From: Limnothrix sp. BL-A-16
Lineage (GTDB): Bacteria > Cyanobacteriota > Cyanobacteriia > CACIAM-69d
Direction: 5' to 3'
Assembly (NCBI GenBank): GCA_041937175.2
Contig: CP166615.1
Span: 3,904,001-3,968,000, forward strand
DNA length: 64,000 nt
Part shown: positions 37,399 through 46,046 of the stretch, piece after piece
How the letters are laid out: each line of letters opens with the position of its first letter
How positions within the stretch are numbered: position 1 is the stretch's first letter
Program-made: the position numbers and the translations under genes
The notes under the pieces: model-generated
Database searches by the model: none
The model's input: the letters and a program-made list of their open reading frames with translations, nothing else
What the model was told of the DNA's origin: nothing

Positions 37399-38112
37399 GT
37401 GAGTGGCGATCGAGTAATTGTGGCGCTGGATGTGTCTACCTATGAGGCGGCGATCGCTTGGGTCGATCGCTTGCCGGAGGTGTCGTTCTGGAAAGTGGGT
37501 TTGGAGCTGTTCATCAGTGCGGGCCCCGCGATCGTACAGGAATTGAAGCAGCGACAAAAGCGGGTTTTTCTGGATCTGAAGCTCCATGACATTCCCAACA
37601 CCATGGCCGGGGCGGCCCGGGCCGTGGGGCGTTATGGCGTGGATTTGTTGACGGTGCATGGGGCTGCGGGGCTGACGGCCTTGGAAGCGGCCCAAACGGC
37701 GGCGATTGCAGGGGCTGCCGAAGCGGGCGCTACGCCGCCCCAACTGATTGCCGTGACCCTGCTCACCAGCATTGGCCCCGAGTGCTTGGCGGCCGATTTG
37801 CAGGTGTCTGCGAGCGTGGCTGACTACACCGCCCATTTGGCGCAATTGGCGAAAACGGCTGGTTTGGCGGGGGCCGTTTGTTCTCCCCAGGAGGCAACGA
37901 CCTTGCGATCGCACTGTGGCTCTGACTTTCTGTTGGTTTGTCCTGGGGTGCGGCCGGCTTGGGCCGCATCCGGCGATCAACAGCGCACCCTCACGCCTGC
38001 CGAGGCTTTCGCGGCCGGAGCCAGTTATTTGGTGGTGGGCCGACCGGTGACGGCGGCGGCGGATCCGGTGGCAGCTTGGGAGCGGCTGGTGGCTGAGGTC
38101 GCCAGCCGCTAG
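37399..38112 (+). CDS. pyrF: orotidine-5'-phosphate decarboxylase
   Basis: [35 protein letters not shown] and VVGRP. Confidence 0.97.
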   Translation: MSGDRVIVALDVSTYEAAIAWVDRLPEVSFWKVGLELFISAGPAIVQELKQRQKRVFLDLKLHDIPNTMAGAARAVGRYGVDLLTVHGAAGLTALEAAQTAAIAGAAEAGATPPQLIAVTLLTSIGPECLAADLQVSASVADYTAHLAQLAKTAGLAGAVCSPQEATTLRSHCGSDFLLVCPGVRPAWAASGDQQRTLTPAEAFAAGASYLVVGRPVTAAADPVAAWERLVAEVASR

Positions 38113-38293
38113 ACCTGATGCAATTTCGCCCAAGGCGGGTGAGCGGTTCGATCGCGGTTGATGTCATCCTATTGCTATTGCGTTTTTTGCAATTGCCCTT
38201 TGCGATTGCCCTTTGCGATGGCGATGGCGATCGCATTCATTAGCCACTGCATTTTCATTCCCCAGGATTCAATCAAAAGGATTTGGTCAAACC

Positions 38294-38575
38294 ATGGCGC
38301 AAACGACTGGAGCAGACGCGATCGATGTGGCGATCGAGCAGGGGATTGATTTTGACGGAACGCCGATCCCGGTCGCGCGTCTGGAACTCTATCGCAAGGT
38401 GATGGCCATTGAAGCCCAGCGCCAACGCAGCGGCGTGACCAACACCATGCGATCGCGAATTGTGCGAATTGGGGCTAAGCACTTTGCCCAAGCGGAATTA
38501 AATCAAATGTTGCTGGATGCTGACCTGACCCCGCTCAAGGAGAAGGAAATTGCGTTTTACTACGGCGGCAAATAG
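38294..38575 (+). CDS. DUF4090-like conserved cyanobacterial protein
   Basis: TTGADAIDVAI..GIDFDGTPIP and RQRSGVTNTMRSRIVRIGAKH. Confidence 0.85.
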   Translation: MAQTTGADAIDVAIEQGIDFDGTPIPVARLELYRKVMAIEAQRQRSGVTNTMRSRIVRIGAKHFAQAELNQMLLDADLTPLKEKEIAFYYGGK

Positions 38576-38615
38576 CCTAGTTGCACAGCAAGCGTATTTT
38601 GATAGGTCAAATCAA

Positions 38616-39806
38616 ATGACGGTTACCGTTACCAGACCGTTAGGCAGCAAGGGGCTTAAGCCCCTTGTTACAACGGCTGGCTCCGCAACGTTGACCCAGC
38701 GAATTAGGGCAGCCGTGCCATCACTGGGGCGATCGGGCCTGATTTTTGGGGCGATCGGGCTGGGGTTGGGCTTGGGGGCCCAGCCCTTGGCGGCGGCCCC
38801 CAGCAACCCGCTCACCCCCTTGCAACGGTTGCAAACCACCCGTGCCTGCGTTGAGTGTGACCTGTCTGGGGTTGATCTGAGCGGCTTGGACTTGCGGGGC
38901 GTTGACTTGCAGCGAGCCACACTGACGGCAGCGGTTTTGAACGGGGCGAACCTGCGCGGGGCCCGGCTCGATGGCATTGCCGGCCAGGAAGCCCAGTTTC
39001 GGGATGCGGATTTGAGCGGGGCCACCCTGACCGATGCGCGGATGCGTGGGGCCAAGTTCCAGCGGGCTAACCTCACGGAAGCGGTGTTGGATAAGGCTCG
39101 CCTGCGGGAAGCGAACTTTCGAGGCGCAACCCTGACCCGCGCCAGTTTGGTGCAGAGCCTGTTGGTGGCCAGTCGCCTCAAGGAAGCGAACTTGCAGGGG
39201 GCTGATCTGCGGTTTGCCCAGTTGGATGGGGCGGATTTGTCCGATGCTCAGTTGCGATCGAGCAAGTTGGTGCGATCGAGCCTGACGGGAGCTACCCTAC
39301 TGGGGGCAAACCTGGTGATGGCTAACTTTGAAGGGGCCAATCTCTCCCAAGCCAAGCTGGGCGGCGCGGACGGGTTTCAAGCCAACTTTGCCAATGCTCT
39401 GTTGTTGGGGGCGGGCCTGCGGCAAACCAACTTGGAAGAAGCCAACCTCAGCAGTGTGAAGGCGGTAGGGGCGCGGTTTTTGGAAACGAACCTCCGCAGC
39501 GCGATCGCCACGGGAGCCGACTTCACCCAAGCTGACTTCAGCAAGGCCAATCTCCAGCGGGCGGGTCTCAGCTTGGCGGTGTTTCGGCAAGCGCGCCTGA
39601 TTGGCACGAATCTGCAACAGGCCAAGATGGGAGGGGCCGTGATGCAAGGGGCTGTGCTCACCGATGCTCGGCTCGATCGCGCCTACCTGGCCCAGGCGGA
39701 CTTACGAAGCATCGTGACCCGCAACACCAATTTCACCGGAGCCACCTTAGACGGAGCCGTGACCCGTGGGGCTGACCTATCTGGGGCGATCGGCTGGGTG
39801 CAATAG
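38616..39806 (+). CDS. exported pentapeptide repeat protein
   Basis: Signal-like segment, LQTTRACVECDL, then a long A(D/N)Lxx repeat tract. Confidence 0.92.
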   Translation: MTVTVTRPLGSKGLKPLVTTAGSATLTQRIRAAVPSLGRSGLIFGAIGLGLGLGAQPLAAAPSNPLTPLQRLQTTRACVECDLSGVDLSGLDLRGVDLQRATLTAAVLNGANLRGARLDGIAGQEAQFRDADLSGATLTDARMRGAKFQRANLTEAVLDKARLREANFRGATLTRASLVQSLLVASRLKEANLQGADLRFAQLDGADLSDAQLRSSKLVRSSLTGATLLGANLVMANFEGANLSQAKLGGADGFQANFANALLLGAGLRQTNLEEANLSSVKAVGARFLETNLRSAIATGADFTQADFSKANLQRAGLSLAVFRQARLIGTNLQQAKMGGAVMQGAVLTDARLDRAYLAQADLRSIVTRNTNFTGATLDGAVTRGADLSGAIGWVQ

Positions 39807-39999
39807 GCCGTTGATCAAGTTGATCAACCCGCTAGCCGATTGATCAAATGGGTCGATCGATCGGGTCAATTTCCATGGGCGATCGCGCTGATTGGGCGAT
39901 CGCCTCGTTCGGTCAATGGTTGGTTTAAGGGGCAAATTTCTGGATCACCCAATGGTGGGATCACAGATTATTTTGATTGGTTTGACCCCAATTATTCAT

Positions 40000-40221
40000 T
40001 TATTCATTGGGTTTTTGGTCGCGGGGAAAGCCACCAATCAGGCCGCTTTCAATCATCAACCCCACGCCGGCATTAATCACCGCCAGGGCGATCGTGCCCC
40101 ACCAAAACCAAGAATCGCCGTTAATGCGGCGTGTTACCGCTTCCCCAAATAAACAAAGACCCAAGGGAAACAGCAACACACCCGCTTGGGCTTTGATATA
40201 CCAAGTCCACTTTTTACTCAT
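40000..40221 (-). CDS. small hypothetical membrane protein (2 TM)
   Basis: GLCLFGEA and WFWWGTIALAVINAG; 73 aa. Confidence 0.7.
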   Translation of the reverse strand: MSKKWTWYIKAQAGVLLFPLGLCLFGEAVTRRINGDSWFWWGTIALAVINAGVGLMIESGLIGGFPRDQKPNE

Positions 40222-40406
40222 CGGTCTGTTTTGCGCTTTTGTGCTTTTTGTTTGTACTTTTTTGATGGAGCTTGTGCTCTTTGATTCGGTGCTCGGGAAT
40301 CTGATTAGGGCAAATCTTGATCGATCGGGGGATTGGAATCAAGACCCGAGGAATTTGGGCCGCAATCGATCGGGCGATCGAACCCATGGGGCGGCCTAAA
40401 TTCAAG

Positions 40407-40814
40407 CTATTGATTCTTCATCTTGATCTGTTCTGCCGACAGACCATAATTCGATTCAATGTCGATCGCGGCGGAACCCCCCTTCACCATCAGGCTAAAC
40501 ATCGATCCCATTTGCAGCCAAATGAAGATCGCCGTGGGAACCACCACCAACAGGCTCACCCCATAGGCCAACAGGGTAAAAAATCCCAAAACCTTCAGGC
40601 TTTCGCCCATGCACAAAAAGGTGAACACCGCCAAACCCAAGTAGGCGATGCGCATTTGGGGCTTTTTATATTCCACGGTGGGCTGGGTGCTGCGGTTTTC
40701 ATACCAGCGGTTCACCTGAAATTCCAGCATGTTCTTAAAAATTTGCCCAAAGGCCAGGGCAAAGAACAGGGTAACCAGAACGAATTGCGTGCTGTGGGGA
40801 CTGCTGTAGATCAT
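40407..40814 (-). CDS. hypothetical membrane protein (3 TM)
   Basis: Three TM segments and a C-terminal GGSAAIDI. Confidence 0.75.
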   Translation of the reverse strand: MIYSSPHSTQFVLVTLFFALAFGQIFKNMLEFQVNRWYENRSTQPTVEYKKPQMRIAYLGLAVFTFLCMGESLKVLGFFTLLAYGVSLLVVVPTAIFIWLQMGSMFSLMVKGGSAAIDIESNYGLSAEQIKMKNQ

Positions 40815-40988
40815 GGTTTGCAGGGCAGGGTTTGAAGGTCCGTTAAATCGAGCGATCGAGGCGGGGTTTTGTAACGGAATTGCAACAAAGTTGGTGTTGC
40901 CATCCTACCGCATCCGCTGGGCTGGCCGGCTCGATCGCCCCGCAATTCAGCTTAGAATGCAGCCTAGTTTCCGTCAGAGCGTGATCTC

Positions 40989-42068
40989 ATGGGTCTGCTA
41001 TTGCACCATTTTTCCCGTTGCGGGCCGGGTCGGGCTGTTCGGGCGATCGGGCTGGGGCTGTTGGTCGGGGCGATCGGGACAGTAGGCGGCCCGCTTCAGT
41101 CGCCTGCCCGTTCCAGCGTGGTGTTAACGGTGGATCCCCAAGGCAATGATGCGGCTGCCCGATCGGGCCGCGGCAGCTTCCGCACCATCACCAGCGCCCT
41201 TGACCATGCGAGCCAATACAGCAATGGGGTCACCATTCGTCTGGCTCCGGGCCGCTACAGTGCGGAATTAGGCGAGCAGTTTCCCCTGCGTGTGCCCGAT
41301 GGGGTGACCCTCAGCGGCGATCTGGACGGCCAGGGCCAAGCGGTGGTCATTCAAGGGGCCGGCGGCTTCAGCAGTCGCAGTTTCTCGCAACAGGCCGTGG
41401 CGATCGCCCTGACGGGGAGCGGGTCAGTGTTGGGGGTCACGGTCAGCAATCCGGTGCCACGCGGTACGGGCATTTGGGTGGAAAGCGACGGAGCCACGCC
41501 CGTGATCGCCAACAATCGCCTTTTGAACAACCATCGCGACGGCATTTTCGTGACGGGGCGGGCCCAACCGCAAATTTTGCGCAATTGGTTCCAAAACAAT
41601 GGCGGCAATGGCCTGTCCATCACCCGTGATGCGGGGGGGATTGTGCGCGAAAACCGGTTTCAGGCAACGGGGTTTGGTCTGGCGATCGGGGGCAATGCCA
41701 GCCCGGTGATTCAAGACAACCAAATTACCCAAAACCGAGACGGGGTGGTGATTTCTAATCAGGCCCAACCGCTGCTGCGCCGTAACCAAATTGAAGGTAA
41801 CAGTAACGATGGGTTGGTGATGATTGATCGCGCCCAGCCGGATTTGGGCACGGCCTTCAGTCCCGGCGAGAATCGCATTCTGAATAATGGTCGCTACGCA
41901 ATCTATAACGCCACCAAGGGAACGACGGTTTCGGCGGTGGGCAATGAGTTAGATCGATCGCGGGTGATGGGATCGGTGCTGCTGTCTTGGGGTGGCTTCG
42001 GGGGATCGCAATCGATCGCCCCAGGATTCCGCCCGATCGCCCCTATCCTCTCGTTTCAACGACCATGA
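40989..42068 (+). CDS. DUF1565 / parallel beta-helix exported protein
   Basis: FRTITSAL, IRLAPGRYS..LGEQFPL, repeated NosD-like strands and PDLGT...PGEN. Confidence 0.88.
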   Translation: MGLLLHHFSRCGPGRAVRAIGLGLLVGAIGTVGGPLQSPARSSVVLTVDPQGNDAAARSGRGSFRTITSALDHASQYSNGVTIRLAPGRYSAELGEQFPLRVPDGVTLSGDLDGQGQAVVIQGAGGFSSRSFSQQAVAIALTGSGSVLGVTVSNPVPRGTGIWVESDGATPVIANNRLLNNHRDGIFVTGRAQPQILRNWFQNNGGNGLSITRDAGGIVRENRFQATGFGLAIGGNASPVIQDNQITQNRDGVVISNQAQPLLRRNQIEGNSNDGLVMIDRAQPDLGTAFSPGENRILNNGRYAIYNATKGTTVSAVGNELDRSRVMGSVLLSWGGFGGSQSIAPGFRPIAPILSFQRP

Positions 42069-42712
42069 TCCCAACTTCAGATTCGCAGCCCTCAGATTCC
42101 CAACTCTCCAACTCCCCAACGCCCCCATCCCCTGATTTAGCTCCTTGGCGATCGCCCCTGTCGCGGGCCTTGCACCGTAACCGATCGCTGATCTATGCCC
42201 GCTATTTGCAACTGGCCACGGTGCGCCCCGATGGCAGTCCTGCGAACCGAACGGTGGTCTTTCGGGGATTTCGCGATCGCACGGATTGGCTCACGGTGAT
42301 CACGGACAGCCGCAGCGAAAAGATGCCGCAACTAGCTGCAAATCCCCGCGCGGAAGCCTGTTGGTACTTTCCCAAAACGCGCGAACAATTTCGGATTGCC
42401 GGAACCTTGCGGGCGGTGCTGTCCACCACGCCCGACCCCACGGAGCAGGCCGAGCGATCGCACCTGTGGCAAAACCTCTCGGATGCGGCCCGGTTGCAGT
42501 TTGCCTGGCCCGAGCCTCGGGGCGATCGCACGGTTGATCCGGCCGCCTTTGCGCCGCCGCCGCCGGATTCGATCGCGCCGCTGGAGACCTTTGTGCTGTT
42601 GTGGCTCATCCCTGAGCGGGTGGATTGGCTGGAGCTAAAGGGGGAGCCGCAAAATCGCACCGGGTTCGATCGCACCCCCGACGGTTGGCAAACCCACGCC
42701 CTCAACCCTTAG
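42065..42712 (+). CDS. pyridoxamine 5'-phosphate oxidase-like FMN flavoprotein (Npun_F5749 family)
   Basis: LAPWRSPL.RALHRNR, YLQLATV...PANRTVVFRGF, TDSRSEK and CWYFPKTREQFRI. Confidence 0.9.
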   Translation: MIPTSDSQPSDSQLSNSPTPPSPDLAPWRSPLSRALHRNRSLIYARYLQLATVRPDGSPANRTVVFRGFRDRTDWLTVITDSRSEKMPQLAANPRAEACWYFPKTREQFRIAGTLRAVLSTTPDPTEQAERSHLWQNLSDAARLQFAWPEPRGDRTVDPAAFAPPPPDSIAPLETFVLLWLIPERVDWLELKGEPQNRTGFDRTPDGWQTHALNP

Positions 42713-42842
42713 AGGATGTCTGAAAAGCCAAAATTGCTACTCTGTACGCCCCAGGGATCGATGTAGACAAGGGGCTTAAGCCCCTTGCTCCCACGACAAT
42801 TAATGTTTAGCCCGTACTGAAAGATACTTCTCAGACATCCTC
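42712..42842 (+). mobile_element. MITE family A, copy 2
   Basis: Same TIRs as copy 1, TTA target duplication, same internal 20-bp palindrome. Confidence 0.9.
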
Positions 42843-42861
42843 TTAGGGCGGTGGCTGCCAT

Positions 42862-45150
42862 CTATTGGGGACATTGGGGGTGAATGGCCCCTTGGGTGCA
42901 GAGATAGGCCAACTGGCGGGGATCCAAATTCTTGGCTTGGCTGAAGTCTGCGCCCTTCACCAGGGCCGAGGGCTTTTCGCCGTCGGTGCGGCCCACAAAC
43001 CCACCGGCCGGGGCTGTGTTGGTTGGGGCAAAGATCGCGCCTTTCAGGTTGGCTCCCTCAAACAGGGCCCCGCGTAAATCGGCCTGGGAAAAATCAGTGC
43101 CTTGTAATTGGGCATTTTGCAGTTGTGCCCCTTGCAGGTTGGCTCCGATCAGGCGGGTGGCGCTCAGGTCGGCATTCCGCAGGTTGGCCCGGTTTAAATC
43201 AGCGGTGGATAGATCGCCCCCGCGCCAACTGGCTTCGGTGAGGTCGGCTTGGGCCAAGCTGGCTCCCACGGCCCGGGCTTGACCCAGCTTGGCTCCATGT
43301 AAACTGGCTTGGTTCAGCTTGGCATCTCCGAGATCGGCCCCCGTGAGGCTGGCTCCATCGAGGTTGGCCGCTTCCAGGTTTGCTCCCAGTAGTTTGGCTT
43401 GGCTGAGGTTGGCTCCAATTAAACGCGCACTGGTCAGATTGGTGCCATTCAGGGCGGCCGCAACCAGGCTGGTGCGCTCCAGTTGACCGGTAATTAAGGA
43501 CGCGCCGGTCAGGTCGGCTCCGCGCAAGTCGGCTCCTGAGAGATCGGTGAGGGCATCGTCAAAGGTGTTCCAGCGGCCGTCGGGCCCGGCCGATCGAAAG
43601 ACGGAGCCGCGCAGGTTGGCCCCGGTGAGCACGGCGCTGCGGAGTTTGAGTCCCGAAAGATCAGCCCGATCGAGCACCAGAGAAAATTGAGCGTTGGGCG
43701 AATTGGACTGGCCCAAATCCACGCGGCTGAGGTCGATCGCCCCATCAGCCCCCGATCGCAACCGCAGCAATTTGGCGATCGCCCGTTGGGTGGCCCGCAA
43801 CCGCAGGGCTGCTCGGGTGGCCTCTCCGGTGTTGGGCCCCGCCGCCAAACTATCGGCATCGGTCTTGAGGGTTTGGTTTAACCGTTGCAGATAGGGCAAG
43901 GCGGCCGGCCCGGCGCTGGTGATCGACTGTTGCAGGGCTTCAATGAGCTGTGGGGATTCCTCTTGGCCCAACAAATTCAGCAGCAGCACAATTTCCGGAT
44001 TTGGATCCTGCACGGCCCCCAGGGCCAGCACGGAACCCCGTCGTTGGTCAGGGGCGTTTTGGCTATATTTCGCCACCAAATCCAGCAGCAGTTCCTTCTT
44101 CTGGGCTTGGGCTGCCCGTCGATCGACCTGATCTTGGACATAGATTTGAGTAGCCGCAAAAGTTCCCAACACCAGCACCAAACCGAGCGATCCCACCACC
44201 ACAATCGCCGTACCGGGATTTTGGCGCACCCAACCCCACAGCCCCCGGGCCCCGATCGGGGAAAGGATCAAATTCGTGGTTTCCTGGCCACTAGGATGAT
44301 TCAGGGTCAGCCGCGCTGCCGATCGCTCCGTGAGCGAACCACTGCCCGATCGATCATTAACCAGGAGCGATCGGCCCATGGTGGCCGGCTCGATCGGCCC
44401 CGGTTCCATGGCCGCCATCCCCGGTTCCACCCAGCCTTCCGGGTCTTGCAAGTCCACAACCCGTGTCTTGGCCAATCGATCGCGCCAGGGCCGCCGCTGA
44501 GGATCCAACAGGGCTGCTCCTGACTCCACCGCCAGCCCCACCACCGCCAAACCCAGCAAAATCGACAAATCTGGATAGGCCCCGCTGGCCCGCCACACGC
44601 CATAGGCCGTTCCCAGCGGCAAACCCCAGCGGCCCACCCCTTCTCGCAACAACACCCGCCCCAAACCAGGAGCGCGCCCTTGCTCATCCGTTAATTGCAA
44701 ACCAAACCAGGCCTTCGGCGACGTTTTGCCTGTGGTAGCCAGTAAAAAAAGTTGTAAGCCGCCCAGGGCCACCGGCAACACCAAGGCCCCAGACCAAAAG
44801 AGATTGGTCATCGGAGCCACGGCCGTGGGGCGCAAGTGTGGCGGAATGGCAAAGGTTTTGGCGGCCGCATCCTCCACACTGGCCAGCACCGGATTCAGCG
44901 GAACGGGTGGCCCCTCCAAGGCCGTGCGAGCCGCTTGCCCGATCGCAAAGGGCAAGCCCCCGCTGGCCGCAATCAGCGCCACTTCCACCGCCCAAGCCCC
45001 CATCCGCCGCCACAGAAGTGATCGCCGCTTGGGGCGATCGCTTCCTTCCGGGGCGAAGGTGGAGCCAAAGTCGGGATTAAAGTCGGGATTGTCGTTCGGA
45101 GCAGTCGGCGGGCTAACCATGCGGCGATTCCTGATGACGGCCAAGGTCAT
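42862..45150 (-). CDS. RDD domain plus pentapeptide repeat membrane protein (HglK-like)
   Basis: RDD features (RRMGAWAVE, TGKTSPK, DRLAKTRV), a TM segment, HEAT-like helices and C-terminal pentapeptide repeats. Confidence 0.85.
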   Translation of the reverse strand: MTLAVIRNRRMVSPPTAPNDNPDFNPDFGSTFAPEGSDRPKRRSLLWRRMGAWAVEVALIAASGGLPFAIGQAARTALEGPPVPLNPVLASVEDAAAKTFAIPPHLRPTAVAPMTNLFWSGALVLPVALGGLQLFLLATTGKTSPKAWFGLQLTDEQGRAPGLGRVLLREGVGRWGLPLGTAYGVWRASGAYPDLSILLGLAVVGLAVESGAALLDPQRRPWRDRLAKTRVVDLQDPEGWVEPGMAAMEPGPIEPATMGRSLLVNDRSGSGSLTERSAARLTLNHPSGQETTNLILSPIGARGLWGWVRQNPGTAIVVVGSLGLVLVLGTFAATQIYVQDQVDRRAAQAQKKELLLDLVAKYSQNAPDQRRGSVLALGAVQDPNPEIVLLLNLLGQEESPQLIEALQQSITSAGPAALPYLQRLNQTLKTDADSLAAGPNTGEATRAALRLRATQRAIAKLLRLRSGADGAIDLSRVDLGQSNSPNAQFSLVLDRADLSGLKLRSAVLTGANLRGSVFRSAGPDGRWNTFDDALTDLSGADLRGADLTGASLITGQLERTSLVAAALNGTNLTSARLIGANLSQAKLLGANLEAANLDGASLTGADLGDAKLNQASLHGAKLGQARAVGASLAQADLTEASWRGGDLSTADLNRANLRNADLSATRLIGANLQGAQLQNAQLQGTDFSQADLRGALFEGANLKGAIFAPTNTAPAGGFVGRTDGEKPSALVKGADFSQAKNLDPRQLAYLCTQGAIHPQCPQ

Positions 45151-45884
45151 GGGGAGGACAAAACCAGACTACTCGAACCTTAGGCGAGGCACAGCCCTTC
45201 CTGGGGCCGCATCAGGCTTTGGGCGTTGCCAGCCTGGAACGCAGCTTTGGGCGCAACCCATGACCGAAATTGGGCCTACCCATCATGCCACAACCCCATT
45301 GGTACTCAAGTAACTCAAGGGTTGAAAGGCTGGCCCTTAGGTCAATGAAAATTTCAGTGCGCAAGCCCCCAAGTCAAGTTCTCAAACTGCTGCTAATGAA
45401 GGCTTTTGCGCCTAAGGTGGCTGACCGAGAGCGGCGGGATCGGTGAAATGCTTGTGGGTGAAATGTGACTGCTCACCTTGCTTTCTGCTCGGGCCTGGTT
45501 GCCCAATAGCGGTCTTGGGAGCCGATCACCCAATTTCACCGGTTTTTGCTGCTTTACGAGTTCAGGGGCCTTTTTTCACTGTTGTTCGATCGGACAGGGC
45601 GATCAAGCAACTGATCAATGATCCAGCGCTAACCCGTATTTTTTGTAGTTCTCAATACAAAAAGATCCGTAAATTTACAGAAACTTCCCATTTAATAATT
45701 CAAGGTAAAAATCAAGTTAAATTCAATCACCTTTTAAATTCACATTTAATGAAAAAGTATTTGAATGACCGTTTCAGACCACTCCAGCCTGAAGCGAACT
45801 GTCTTGAATCATCGACCATTTTTTTCATTAATTACCCCTTATCCTCTCTTGCGATCTCCGGAAAGAGAAAGCACTATAGATTTA

Positions 45885-46046
45885 ATGGACAACAGTCCAC
45901 AGATGGGAAACATTCGGGATCGTAGCCCAAGTGAAGTTTGGCATGATTATGTATCAGATTGGGAACAATTCGATACAGGGGAACCCAAATCAAACCAAGC
46001 AAACTTGTTGGCTCTTAGGCATCTTAAGGAAGCTTTAGCATGGTGA
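45885..46046 (+). CDS. possible small protein (53 aa) coupled to the oxidoreductase
   Basis: Its TGA stop overlaps the downstream ATG (ATGGTGA). No recognisable family. Confidence 0.35.
   Translation: MDNSPQMGNIRDRSPSEVWHDYVSDWEQFDTGEPKSNQANLLALRHLKEALAW

Noticed and set aside
38616..39806. 15-bp periodicity here and at 42900-43700 as DNA repeat arrays
   Set aside because: Explained by pentapeptide-repeat protein coding.
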